Counted from the stretch's first letter, positions 22,417 through 31,636 are shown. The stretch: DNA of 33,302 nt from an uncultured Candidatus Saccharibacteria bacterium (GCA_964372865.1 CAYJRW010000003.1:1-33302), one strand, 5' to 3'. Notes: generated by a model from the sequence alone, not told the origin. Translations and numbers: made by a program.

Positions 22417-22445
22417 AAAAGCCCCTTCCTCGGGAAGGGGCTTTT
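22417..22445. terminator. Strong bidirectional terminator-like hairpin
   Basis: AAAAGCCCCTTCC-TCG-GGAAGGGGCTTTT, a 13-bp stem with A/T runs on both sides. Confidence 0.7.
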
Positions 22446-22517
22446 AAGTTATACGGTGCGGCATTGTGCCGCGCTGGCAGTTCTTTACAAAGAGAAAAGA
22501 CAGACAAGGGGGTGGAC

Positions 22518-23297
22518 ATGGTCGAGGCAGCGCGTTTCTATGTGGGATTTGAACACGCCCCAGGTCTTCTTGGGTCGCGCCAACATCTTCGCGAGAAAGT
22601 TGAGCGATGGTGGCGGCAGCGAGGATTTGAGTTTCCCGATGTGTTTGGGAGCAGAAACGGCATTGGTTTTGTGAGTCGTCACGTTGCGACTGCCCGTTAC
22701 GAGGACTGCGCCTTTATTTTGCTCGCGGAGCGTGCCGGTCTTGTACCGGTGTGGTCAACTTATATCCATGACAAGTTTGTGGACCGCTCGCCCGTGAAGT
22801 ACTCTTATGTTTGTCCGAGGATTGTTACAGGATTTGGCAACAGGTCTGGCAGCCCGATTGTCAAGAAATTGATTCACGCTCATCCCAAAGCAGTTGAGGG
22901 TATGCCCATTGACCGAATTGTTACTAAAGACGGTGAGAATCTTGTTGGATGGCATCGCCGATTGCTTGAAGTGGTTTGTCCCGGCGCTCTTGTTACTGAT
23001 CCATCCGACATTTACCGCGCTTCTGGAGGGGCTAGAGGATATTATCCTTTGTTGCTCTCGTTAGGCGTTGCCCACGGAGTCTTTTTTGAAGATTTTCATG
23101 GTGGCGAAACAGGTGAAGAATTGAGGCGGTTTACACAAGGCGTCTTTGAGCCGTCCTTTGACGAAGTAGCAAATCTTTTTGGCGCCAAGCCCCTTATTGT
23201 TCCCTTGCCTTGGTGGCAAGAGCTGGGTTATTATGTGGCGCCGGAGCTTGCCGGCGATTGGAGGACGCATCGAAGCATCCTCAGACACCTCCTTTAA
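22518..23297 (+). CDS. Orphan GC-shifted protein (259 aa), MVEAARFYVGFEHAPGLLGSRQHLREKVERWWRQRGFEF...
   Basis: G-rich SD-like AAGGGGGTGG ending 3 nt before ATG 22518 (tight spacing). Lies inside track ORF 22464..23297. Terminator follows. No family recognised. Confidence 0.6.
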   Translation: MVEAARFYVGFEHAPGLLGSRQHLREKVERWWRQRGFEFPDVFGSRNGIGFVSRHVATARYEDCAFILLAERAGLVPVWSTYIHDKFVDRSPVKYSYVCPRIVTGFGNRSGSPIVKKLIHAHPKAVEGMPIDRIVTKDGENLVGWHRRLLEVVCPGALVTDPSDIYRASGGARGYYPLLLSLGVAHGVFFEDFHGGETGEELRRFTQGVFEPSFDEVANLFGAKPLIVPLPWWQELGYYVAPELAGDWRTHRSILRHLL

Positions 23298-23305
23298 TAG
23301 TATTA

Positions 23306-23354
23306 AGAGGGTGGCAGGAGTTTAGATAAAACTTCCTTGCCACCCTCTGTTTTC
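23306..23354 (+). terminator. Rho-independent terminator
   Basis: AGAGGGTGGCA(GGAG)..(CTTCCT)TGCCACCCTCT followed by GTTTTCTCTTG. Confidence 0.7.
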
Positions 23355-23396
23355 TCTTGTATTATTGGCTTAAATTAGACGCAACATCATAATAAC

Positions 23397-24347
23397 ATGG
23401 CATTTCAAGATCTAAAAAAATTTATTAGAACTTTATATCTTCTGGGCGAGCGTCAACTTGAAAAAGAAACGCGTGCCCGCAGAATCATTGAAGAGAAGTT
23501 AGCGCAGCACGACAGTCCTTATTTGTTGGAGAAATTCACCACTTATGTGCCGCGTTTCCAAAGCGCGAAGTTAACCGTTGGCGGCAAAGCGATACCTTGC
23601 GCGTCGTCTTCCCTTGTCAGCGGGGAAATTACCCAACCCAATCACCTCATCAGTTCGCTCACGAGCTCGCAGAACTTCTTAAGGGTTGAGAATATTAATT
23701 TTAATCCGCTTTGCGCTTCTATATCCCGGAGTAATCACTACTTTGCGCCATCGCTGGCGATTCCCCGGCGTTATGTCTCTTGTCTTTTTGGTGCGCAAAA
23801 AGTGCGAGGTAAAGTGGTTGTCCGAAAGCAGCGGCATAATTCTGCGAACGTTCTTGTCGGTAATACTTCCAGCCCGCGATATCTCGTGTTTTCCCACTAC
23901 GATTCCATTTACGGGGGCGCGGTTGATAATGCCAGCGGCACCGCGCTGTCTTTATACTTGTTGATTCAACAGCCTGCTCTTCTCAAAAACACTCTTTTTG
24001 TGTTTGCGGGCAACGAAGAACTTTCTTACGATGCCCCAATTTATTGGGGTCATGGCTATCGCGAATTTGAGAGACGACACGATTCCTTTTTGAGGAACGC
24101 CAAAAAAATATTTGTCCTTGATTGTATTGGGTACAGCAAAACTTTTTTCGTGCGCGATTACCGCACGGTAGTCTTGGGATTCCCGGTAAAATGTCTCCCA
24201 GAAATAGCTAAAAAGACATACCTTGTTATTGGCGACTACCAACAGATGATGAAATTTTATCACAGCGAGCTTGACAAGCCGTACCTGATTGACGAGAGAG
24301 AGTTAGAGCGTATATCCAGGAAACTAGCAGGGATGTTGATTAAGTAA
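23397..24347 (+). CDS. M28-family zinc metallopeptidase-like protein with an unrecognised ~150-aa N-terminal region
   Basis: FSHYDSIYGGAVDNASGTA (H-x-D and DNASG metal-ligand motifs) and FAGNEELS (EE). Confidence 0.6.
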   Translation: MAFQDLKKFIRTLYLLGERQLEKETRARRIIEEKLAQHDSPYLLEKFTTYVPRFQSAKLTVGGKAIPCASSSLVSGEITQPNHLISSLTSSQNFLRVENINFNPLCASISRSNHYFAPSLAIPRRYVSCLFGAQKVRGKVVVRKQRHNSANVLVGNTSSPRYLVFSHYDSIYGGAVDNASGTALSLYLLIQQPALLKNTLFVFAGNEELSYDAPIYWGHGYREFERRHDSFLRNAKKIFVLDCIGYSKTFFVRDYRTVVLGFPVKCLPEIAKKTYLVIGDYQQMMKFYHSELDKPYLIDERELERISRKLAGMLIK

Positions 24348-24382
24348 AACTTTTTAAAAGGTTTTACATTGGGCTATCCATG

Positions 24383-24410
24383 TTGACATATTAGACAGGG
24401 GCGATAAAAT
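24383..24410 (+). promoter_or_regulatory. suf operon promoter (TTGACA-16 nt-TAAAAT)
   Basis: TTGACA at 24383-24388 and TAAAAT at 24405-24410. Confidence 0.55.
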
Positions 24411-24411
24411 T

Positions 24412-24431
24412 ATATAGATAGGCATCTATAT
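24412..24431. promoter_or_regulatory. Perfect 8+8 inverted repeat (ATATAGAT-AGGC-ATCTATAT), operator candidate
   Basis: Lies immediately downstream of the -10 box and 13 nt upstream of the sufB ATG. Confidence 0.45.
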
Positions 24432-24443
24432 TTTTTGTTTGGT

Positions 24444-25880
24444 ATGTCAAAAAAGCTACTGGAAAAAGTTGTAAAAAGAGAGTACGAATGGGGTTTTAGT
24501 ACTCCTGTTGAGTCAGAGAAAGCTCCTAAAGGACTGAATGAAGATATCATTAAGTTTATCTGGCAGAGAAAAAAAGAGCCCGCTTTTATGCTGGACTGGC
24601 GACTTAAAGCTTATCAATACTGGTTGACAATGAAAGAACCCGGCTGGGCAAACTTAAAATATGACCCAATTGATTATCAAAAAATCATTTATTACTCTTC
24701 TCCGAAAAAGAGGCCGCAGAGTTTGGAAGATATTGACCCTGAAATCAGAAAAACTTACGAGAAATTGGGCATTTCTTTTAAAGAACAGGAAATTTTGTCG
24801 GGAGTGGTGGCGGTGGATGCAATTTTTGACAGCGTTTCTGTGGCAACGACTTATAAAAATAAACTTAAAGAATTGGGTATTATATTTTGTTCAATTTCAG
24901 AAGCGATAAAGGAATATCCAGAATTGGTCAAAAAATATTTGGGTTCAGTCGTCCCTTATACCGACAATTTTTTTGCCGCACTTAATTCTGCTGTTTTTTC
25001 AGACGGCTCATTTGTTTATGTTCCCAAAGGCGTTAGATGCCCAATTGAGCTTTCAAGCTATTTCAGAATGAATACGCCTCAAGCTGGCCAGTTTGAAAGA
25101 ACCTTGATTATTGCAGACCAAGGGAGTTATGTGAGTTATTTAGAGGGTTGCTCAGCTCCTCAGAGATTTGAGCACCAGCTGCACGCGGCCGTAGTTGAAC
25201 TGATAGCTCACAAATCAGCTGAAATAAGATATGCCACCGTTCAAAATTGGTACCCTGGCGACAAAAAGGGCAAAGGCGGGGTTTACAACTTTGTTACCAA
25301 AAGAGGGCTTTGTCTAGGAGAAAACTCCAGAATTTCCTGGACTCAACTGGAAACCGGTTCTGCCATCACGTGGAAGTATCCAGGATGTATTTTAAAAGGA
25401 GACAACTCTGTTGGCGAATTTTATAGTTTGGCAATAACAAGTAACTATCAGCAGGCAGACACAGGCACCAAAATGATTCATCTGGGAAAAAACACCAAAA
25501 GCAGAATTGTTTCCAAAAGCGTTTCAGCAATGCATGGCAATAATTCTTTCCGCGGTTTGGTAAAAGTTGTTAAAAACGCCGATAACAGCAGAAGTTTTTC
25601 CAGGTGCGATGCTTTGCTTATTGGAAACAAATGTTCAGCCAGCACCTTTCCGCATTTTGAGGTTTACAACAATACTGCAAAGGTTGGTCATGAGGCCGCA
25701 ACATCAAGAATAGGCCCGGACATTATTTTTTATCTCAGGCAGAGAGGACTTTCTGAGGAAGAAGCCATAGCTCTGATTGTTCGCGGCTTCACCAGGGAAA
25801 TTTTGGAAAAACTCCCCTTTGAATTTGCCTCGGAAGCCAAAAAACTGCTGGCCGTAAGTTTGGAGGGTAGTGTCGGATAA
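24444..25880 (+). CDS. sufB: Fe-S cluster assembly scaffold SufB
   Basis: Typical SufB length, with C-terminal HEA.TSRI...[12 protein letters not shown]. The first ATG in the track ORF is 24444. Confidence 0.9.
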   Translation: MSKKLLEKVVKREYEWGFSTPVESEKAPKGLNEDIIKFIWQRKKEPAFMLDWRLKAYQYWLTMKEPGWANLKYDPIDYQKIIYYSSPKKRPQSLEDIDPEIRKTYEKLGISFKEQEILSGVVAVDAIFDSVSVATTYKNKLKELGIIFCSISEAIKEYPELVKKYLGSVVPYTDNFFAALNSAVFSDGSFVYVPKGVRCPIELSSYFRMNTPQAGQFERTLIIADQGSYVSYLEGCSAPQRFEHQLHAAVVELIAHKSAEIRYATVQNWYPGDKKGKGGVYNFVTKRGLCLGENSRISWTQLETGSAITWKYPGCILKGDNSVGEFYSLAITSNYQQADTGTKMIHLGKNTKSRIVSKSVSAMHGNNSFRGLVKVVKNADNSRSFSRCDALLIGNKCSASTFPHFEVYNNTAKVGHEAATSRIGPDIIFYLRQRGLSEEEAIALIVRGFTREILEKLPFEFASEAKKLLAVSLEGSVG

Positions 25881-25884
25881 ATAT

Positions 25885-26628
25885 ATGCTGGAGATTAAAA
25901 ATTTACACGTTTTGACTGACGGAAAAGAAATATTAAAAGGAGTTGATTTGAGAGTCAGGGCGGGTGAAACACATGCCATAATGGGAGCTAACGGCTCTGG
26001 CAAAACCACTTTGGCAAAAGTGATTGCTGGCATCAGCGAAGGATGCGAAATAAAAGGCAGGATTAATTTTTTGGGAAAAAACATTTTTAAAATGGCTCCC
26101 GAAGAAAGAGCAAGAAATGGAATTTTTTTGGCCTTTCAAAATCCGATTGAAATTCAGGGCATTTCTCTTTTTAGTTTCCTGATAGCTTCTATCAACGAGA
26201 TTCGCAAAGCAAGAAAAAAGCCGCTTCTTGACCCGATTGATTTCTCCGACTTAATGGAACAAAAAGCGAAAAGTTTGGGCATAAAAAAGGAATTTTTATC
26301 AAGAGGAGTCAACGAAGGGTTTTCTGGCGGAGAAAAAAAGAAAAACGAGATTTTTCAAATGCTCTTTTTAGAGCCAAGATTGGCGATTTTGGACGAAATT
26401 GATTCGGGTCTTGACGTTGATTCTTTGAAAACCGTTGCCAAAGTTATCAACAAATTAAGGAAAAAAGATAATGTTTTTTTGATAATCACCCATTACCAGA
26501 GAATTTTGAACTATATCACTCCTGATTTCGTGCACGTTATGGTTGATGGAAAAATTATCAGGTCGGGAAATTCAAAATTAGCATTAGAAGTTGAAAAAAA
26601 AGGATATGGACATTTTTGTTCCAAGTAA
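25885..26628 (+). CDS. sufC: Fe-S cluster assembly ATPase SufC
   Basis: MLEIKNLHV..., Walker A GANGSGKTT, signature FSGGEKKK and Walker B LAILDEIDSGLD. Confidence 0.9.
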   Translation: MLEIKNLHVLTDGKEILKGVDLRVRAGETHAIMGANGSGKTTLAKVIAGISEGCEIKGRINFLGKNIFKMAPEERARNGIFLAFQNPIEIQGISLFSFLIASINEIRKARKKPLLDPIDFSDLMEQKAKSLGIKKEFLSRGVNEGFSGGEKKKNEIFQMLFLEPRLAILDEIDSGLDVDSLKTVAKVINKLRKKDNVFLIITHYQRILNYITPDFVHVMVDGKIIRSGNSKLALEVEKKGYGHFCSK

Positions 26629-27259
26629 GGAGAGCAGGGATTATTTTATGCCTCCTCGGGGCGGCACCATAAATGTTTATTTGGGGCGAAACAGCCGACT
26701 GCGTTTTTACACCTTTACTTTTGGAGGAGCTTCGGTTAAAAATAACCTGAATGTTATTTTTAAGGGTAGAAATTCCAAAGCAGAGCTTTACGGGCTCTAT
26801 TTGCCGGATTCAGAGCAGTTGATTGAAAATAATACATTTTTGTGGCATCTCGCGCCTTTTTGCAAGAGCTTTCAGCGGTATTACGGAGTGTTGGCTGGAA
26901 ACGGAAAGGCAATCTTTAACGGCAGAATTTTGGTTGAAAGAAAGGCCCAAAAAACAGATGCCTTCCTGGAAAGCAAAAACATTCTGTTGGGAAAAGACGC
27001 CAAAATGTTGGCAAAGCCATTCTTGGAAATTTTTGCAGATGATGTCAAATGCACCCACGCTTTTTGCAGCTCCCAAATTGAAGATGATGAAATTTTTTAC
27101 TTGCAAAGCCGCGGCATTGACTACGAGGGAGCTAAAAAAATTTTACTTTTGGGCTTTGCCCAAAAAATCATAAACAATGTTGCTTCACCAAAAATAAGAA
27201 ACAATCTATGCGCAAAGATTTCCCAATTTTTAACCGAAAAATTAGAGGAAAAGAATTGA
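26606..27259 (+). CDS. sufD: Short SufD-like protein (C-terminal half only, ~217 aa)
   Basis: HLAPFCKSFQRYYGVL.G..KAIFNGRI.V...AQKTDA...KNILL and DEIFYLQSRGI motifs. Start uncertain (TTG 26591, ATG 26606 or ATG 26648). About half the usual SufD length. Confidence 0.65.
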   Translation: MDIFVPSKESRDYFMPPRGGTINVYLGRNSRLRFYTFTFGGASVKNNLNVIFKGRNSKAELYGLYLPDSEQLIENNTFLWHLAPFCKSFQRYYGVLAGNGKAIFNGRILVERKAQKTDAFLESKNILLGKDAKMLAKPFLEIFADDVKCTHAFCSSQIEDDEIFYLQSRGIDYEGAKKILLLGFAQKIINNVASPKIRNNLCAKISQFLTEKLEEKN

Positions 27260-28425
27260 TATATTTTGACTCTGCCTCCACCACGCAAAAACCAAAGGAG
27301 GTTATCGCCGCTGTTAATTTATTTTACAGAAATTTCAACAGCAATGTTCACCGCGGAATCCATTTTTTGAGCCAGAAAGCAACGGAGGTTTTTGAGGAAA
27401 CGAGAGAAAAAGTTAGAAAGTTTATAAATGCCAAGTCGGAAAAAGAAATTATCTTTGTGCGTGGGACTACCGAGGCAATAAATCTGGTAGCTAACACTTT
27501 TGGAAAAAAGTTTGTTAAGAAGGGTGATGAGATTTTAATTTCTGAAATGGAGCATCATTCAAACATTGTTCCATGGCAAATAATTTCACAGCAAAGGAAA
27601 GCTAAATTGAGGGTAATTCCCATAACATACAGCGGAGAAATCGAAATCAAAGAAGTTGAAAAACTGCTGACCAAAAAAACAAAAATTGTTGCAATATGTC
27701 ATGTTTCCAATGTTTTGGGTACCATAAATCCCATAAAAGAAATAATAAAAATGGCGCATCAAAGGGGGATTAAGGTTTTGATAGACGGCGCGCAAGCTGT
27801 CGCTCATTTGAAAATTGACGTTCAGGACTTGGACTGCGATTTTTACGCTTTCTCAGGACATAAAATGTACGGACCCACTGGAATCGGCGTGCTTTACGGA
27901 AAAATGAATTTATTGGAACAACTTCCACCTTGGCAGGGGGGCGGAGATATGATAAAGTCGGTCTCTTTTGAAAAAACAATTTACAACGAGCTACCATATA
28001 AGTTTGAAGCAGGAACTCCTGACATTGCAGGCGTTGTGGGGCTGGGAGCAGCTCTTGATTATTTGCAAAGGGTTGGTATCGAAAAAATACAGAGGCACGA
28101 GAAAGAATTATTGGAATACGGGCAAAAGGTTACTGGTTCAATTTCAGGAATAAGAATTATCGGTCAGGCCTCAGAAAAAACAGGAGTTATTTCCTTCATT
28201 TTGGAAAAAGGAATGGTTCATCCTCATGATGTGGGCACGTTTTTGGATAGAGAAGGCATTGCAATAAGAACAGGTCATCACTGCTGCCAACCATTAATGG
28301 CGCATTTTGAACTTTCAGCCACTTGTCGAGTTTCTTTTGGAATTTATAACCAAAAAGCGGAGATTGATAAATTAAAAATTGCTTTGGAGAAAGCAAAAAG
28401 ATTTTTCCACTATGCCAAAAATTGA
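27208..28425 (+). CDS. sufS: Cysteine desulfurase SufS (class II aminotransferase V)
   Basis: DFPIF...IYFDSASTTQKP, SGHKMYGPTGIGVLYG and RTGHHCCQPL motifs. 52-nt overlap with the sufD end. Confidence 0.9.
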   Translation: MRKDFPIFNRKIRGKELIYFDSASTTQKPKEVIAAVNLFYRNFNSNVHRGIHFLSQKATEVFEETREKVRKFINAKSEKEIIFVRGTTEAINLVANTFGKKFVKKGDEILISEMEHHSNIVPWQIISQQRKAKLRVIPITYSGEIEIKEVEKLLTKKTKIVAICHVSNVLGTINPIKEIIKMAHQRGIKVLIDGAQAVAHLKIDVQDLDCDFYAFSGHKMYGPTGIGVLYGKMNLLEQLPPWQGGGDMIKSVSFEKTIYNELPYKFEAGTPDIAGVVGLGAALDYLQRVGIEKIQRHEKELLEYGQKVTGSISGIRIIGQASEKTGVISFILEKGMVHPHDVGTFLDREGIAIRTGHHCCQPLMAHFELSATCRVSFGIYNQKAEIDKLKIALEKAKRFFHYAKN

Positions 28426-28876
28426 AGAGATATATCAAGAAACAATTTTAGAGCACGGCCAAAATCCGAGAAACTTTGCTAAATTAAAAAAAGCAAATTA
28501 TTCCGCAGAAGCATTCAATCCTTTTTGCGGAGACCGTTATTGGGTTTATTTGAAAGTTAACAGGGATATCATAGAAGATATTTCTTTTGAGGGCGAGGGC
28601 TGTTTAATTTCCAAGGCCTCCGGTTCTTTAATGACAGAGATTCTTAAAGATAAAACAATGACAGAGGCAGAAAAAATTTTTATGTTTTTTCAAAAATTAA
28701 TTACAGGAGAAAAACTAAAAGAAAAAAGAAAACATGAAAAACTTTTTGTCTTTTCTGGAATCTCCAAATTTCCTCTTAGAATAAAGTGTGCGCTTTTGCC
28801 TTGGTATGTAGTTTCTTTGGCATCCATAGCCCCGTTATGTCAAACAATCTTCAGAAGAAAATTAAAAAAGCTTTAA
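28412..28876 (+). CDS. sufU: SufU/IscU-type Fe-S scaffold or sulfur acceptor
   Basis: EIYQETILEHGQNPRNF, NPFCGD, GEGCLISKAS and R.KCALLPW motifs. ATG 28412 lies inside the track ORF. Confidence 0.8.
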   Translation: MPKIEEIYQETILEHGQNPRNFAKLKKANYSAEAFNPFCGDRYWVYLKVNRDIIEDISFEGEGCLISKASGSLMTEILKDKTMTEAEKIFMFFQKLITGEKLKEKRKHEKLFVFSGISKFPLRIKCALLPWYVVSLASIAPLCQTIFRRKLKKL

Positions 28877-28934
28877 AATGATTTACGAAAATGTCAGAAT
28901 ATGCCAAATTAAAACTTGGGTTTAAATAAAATAT

Positions 28935-29192
28935 ATGAACAAAAAGTGTCTTAGGTGTCTTGATGTTTTGAGTGTGGGGACGCGCCTGGAAATTGTCCGG
29001 CGACTGAGAAAAAAACCTAAAAATGTTTCTAAGATTGAGAAATTGTTTGATTTAACCCAGCCCACTATTTCTTACCATTTGAAAGTTTTAAAAAAAATAG
29101 GGATGCTCAAAGCAAAAAAGAATGGAAGAGAGATTTATTATTTTTTAAACGAAAAATATCCCTGCAAAAATTGCATTGTCTCAAAGATATGA
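28935..29192 (+). CDS. ArsR/SmtB-family winged-helix transcriptional regulator (85 aa)
   Basis: VSKIEKLFDLTQPTISYHLKVLKKIGMLKAKKNGREIYY helix-turn-helix motif. N-terminal CLRC and C-terminal CKNC. Confidence 0.75.
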   Translation: MNKKCLRCLDVLSVGTRLEIVRRLRKKPKNVSKIEKLFDLTQPTISYHLKVLKKIGMLKAKKNGREIYYFLNEKYPCKNCIVSKI

Positions 29193-30238
29193 AGATTTTC
29201 AAGAAAAAAATTTTGGTTGGAATGTCAGGAGGAGTGGATTCATCGGTAACGGCTCTCTTGCTGAAAAGAGCAGGCGTTAATGTTGTCGGAGCTCATATGA
29301 AATGCTGGGATGATAATTCGCCAGAGTGCTCGGGCTCTAAAGATGAACGAGATGCAAGGGTGGCTGCAGCCCATATCGGGATTCCTTTTTACGTTTTTGA
29401 TTTCAGGAAAGAGTACAAAAATAAGGTTTTTGAGCACTTTTTGCGAGAGCAAAAAGCGGGTCTTACGCCAAATCCTGACATGATGTGCAACCTGCATATA
29501 AAGTTTGGTATTTTTTTGGAAAAAGCAATGACTATGGGATTTGATTATATCGCTACAGGTCACTATGCAAGATTGCGGCAGGGCACTTTAATGATGGCTA
29601 AAGATAGAAACAAGGACCAGTCATATTTTTTGGCTTTCATTAAACCTGATGTTCTGGACAGGGTTCTTTTTCCTATCGGAGATTATACAAAAAGCCAAGT
29701 AAGAAAAATCGCTGAAAAATCAAAACTTCCCAATGCTTCAAAGCCAGACAGCCAGGGGCTTTGTTTTGTCGGAGAAGTGAAAATGGAAAGTTTTTTGAAG
29801 GGCTATATTAGACCAAAATCAGGTTTAATTGTTGACACGTCTGGAAAGAAAATTGGCCGGCATCAGGGCATATGGTTTTATACCATTGGGCAGAGAAAAG
29901 GCATTGGTTTGCCAGAAGGCCCCTATTTTGTTCTGGAAAAGGATTTGGAGAACAATGTTTTGTTTGTTACCAAAAATGAAAAGGATTTGTTTAAAAAAGA
30001 ATTGATTGCCAAAAGCGTTAATTGGTTTCAAGGGAAAACACCTAAGCTTCCATTGAGAGTCAAAGTAAAAATCCGCTATCGGACAACACCCGTCCCAGCC
30101 CTGTTAACTAAAACCCAAAAAGGTCTTTTACCCTTTACCCTAATAAAATTTGACAAACCGCAGCGCGCCATTACACCAGGGCAGTCAGCAGTTTTTTACA
30201 AGAATCAGGAACTCCTTGGCGGCGGCATTATCGCTTGA
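29189..30238 (+). CDS. mnmA: tRNA-specific 2-thiouridylase MnmA
   Basis: ILVGMSGGVDSSV PP-loop, ATGHYAR, DQSYFL and SQGLCF motifs. ATGA overlap with the arsR-like gene. Confidence 0.9.
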   Translation: MKIFKKKILVGMSGGVDSSVTALLLKRAGVNVVGAHMKCWDDNSPECSGSKDERDARVAAAHIGIPFYVFDFRKEYKNKVFEHFLREQKAGLTPNPDMMCNLHIKFGIFLEKAMTMGFDYIATGHYARLRQGTLMMAKDRNKDQSYFLAFIKPDVLDRVLFPIGDYTKSQVRKIAEKSKLPNASKPDSQGLCFVGEVKMESFLKGYIRPKSGLIVDTSGKKIGRHQGIWFYTIGQRKGIGLPEGPYFVLEKDLENNVLFVTKNEKDLFKKELIAKSVNWFQGKTPKLPLRVKVKIRYRTTPVPALLTKTQKGLLPFTLIKFDKPQRAITPGQSAVFYKNQELLGGGIIA

Positions 30239-30254
30239 TGCCTGCAACAATATT

Positions 30255-30263
30255 TTGTATAAT
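30255..30263 (+). promoter_or_regulatory. Extended -10 box TGTATAAT, 8 nt upstream of the deoC ATG
   Basis: TATAAT at 30258-30263 and ATG at 30272. No SD is present. Confidence 0.45.
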
Positions 30264-30271
30264 AAAATCAT

Positions 30272-30940
30272 ATGGCAAATAAAATCGCCAAAATTATTGA
30301 CCACACCAATATTAATAAAAATGCTAACGCTAAAGACATCAAAAAGACCTGCCAGGATGCAAAAAAATATGGTTTCCGCTCTGTTGTGGTAAATCCAGAA
30401 TGGGCAAAACTGGCCAAAAAAGAATTGAAAGGAACAAAAATTATGCTTTCGGTCTTGATTGACCCGCCAATGGGTTTGAGTCCTCACAAAACAAGGGTCG
30501 GAATTTGCAGAAAAATGAAAAGAGCAGGAGCCGACGAGCTCGACATAGTCATGAATATCGTTGATTTAAAATATGAGAGATACGATAAAGTGTTTTTAGA
30601 CCTCAAAGCAATCTGTAAAATACTTCCGACAAAAGTCATTATTGGATCTGGTTTCTTGACGGATGGAGAGATCGCCCTCGCCTCAAAAATTGTAAAAAAA
30701 GCAGGGGCAATTTGCGTAAAAACAGCTACCTTTAAAGACCCTCTTGAAGAAAGAGAAATTGAAGAAAAAGCGCGCCACTTGAAAATTATGAAAAAATCTG
30801 CCCCGGGACTTTTGGTAAAGGCCTCTGGCAACATTAAAACCTTAAAAGAGGTAAAAATAGCTCAAAGAGCTGGAGCAAGCATTATAGGAACAAGCTCAGG
30901 AGTTAAAATAGTAAAAGGTCGCAAAAAAAACCTTAATTAA
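30272..30940 (+). CDS. deoC: Deoxyribose-phosphate aldolase
   Basis: IDHTNI...YGFRSVVVNP, ADELDIVMNI and the CVKTATF Schiff-base lysine motif. Confidence 0.8.
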   Translation: MANKIAKIIDHTNINKNANAKDIKKTCQDAKKYGFRSVVVNPEWAKLAKKELKGTKIMLSVLIDPPMGLSPHKTRVGICRKMKRAGADELDIVMNIVDLKYERYDKVFLDLKAICKILPTKVIIGSGFLTDGEIALASKIVKKAGAICVKTATFKDPLEEREIEEKARHLKIMKKSAPGLLVKASGNIKTLKEVKIAQRAGASIIGTSSGVKIVKGRKKNLN

Positions 30941-30946
30941 ACTTTT

Positions 30947-31636
30947 ATGGAAGAAAAAAAACTAAATCCATATCTTATACCAGGAGCCATAGTTATTGCA
31001 GGAGCTGTTATTGCAGGAGCAGTTTTCCTAGCCCAGAAGCCAGCAGCGCCTCAGCCCTCAGGATCTGACTCTTCGCTTTCACAGGGCGGGGAAACCCCCG
31101 GAGAAGTTAACATCTCTTTTGAGGGTTTCGAATCAATGGGAAATCCTGAAGCGCCAGTGGTAATGGTTGAGTATTCCGATTTCGCTTGTCCTTTCTGTAC
31201 AAGGTTCTGGCAGGAAACACTGCCCGCCATTAAAAGGGATTATATTGATACGGGCAAGGTTCGTTTTGTCTACAAAGACTTTATTGTTGTGGGCGGAGAC
31301 AGAGGGGCTGAAGCAGCTCACTGCGCTCAGGAGCAGGGAAAATTCTGGGAATACCATGATTTGTTGTTTTCGCGCAACGCGCAAGACAAATCTCAGTGGT
31401 CAAATGCCGAAATTCATAAAGGATATGCGGAAGATCTGGGCTTGGATGAAAATGCTTTGATAGAATGTTTTGAGAGCCGTCGCTACCAGGAAAAAGTCGT
31501 TCAGTCAACCCAAGAGGCAATACAAAACGGCGGACAAGGAACCCCTTATTTCCTAATTAACAAGACGTCGGTCTTTGGAGCGCAGGACTATTCTGAATTC
31601 CAGAAAGTCATTGATTCCCTGCTGGCAGAACAATAA
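30947..31636 (+). CDS. DsbA-family thiol:disulfide oxidoreductase, membrane-anchored
   Basis: N-terminal TM segment, thioredoxin-fold CPFC active site (YSDFACPFCTRF), and a GTPYF cis-Pro region. Confidence 0.8.
   Translation: MEEKKLNPYLIPGAIVIAGAVIAGAVFLAQKPAAPQPSGSDSSLSQGGETPGEVNISFEGFESMGNPEAPVVMVEYSDFACPFCTRFWQETLPAIKRDYIDTGKVRFVYKDFIVVGGDRGAEAAHCAQEQGKFWEYHDLLFSRNAQDKSQWSNAEIHKGYAEDLGLDENALIECFESRRYQEKVVQSTQEAIQNGGQGTPYFLINKTSVFGAQDYSEFQKVIDSLLAEQ

Noticed and set aside
22172-22519. Minus-strand 115-aa ORF across the promoter and hairpin region
   Set aside because: It spans two plus-strand consensus promoters and three hairpins, and has no start context or motif. It is most likely non-coding.
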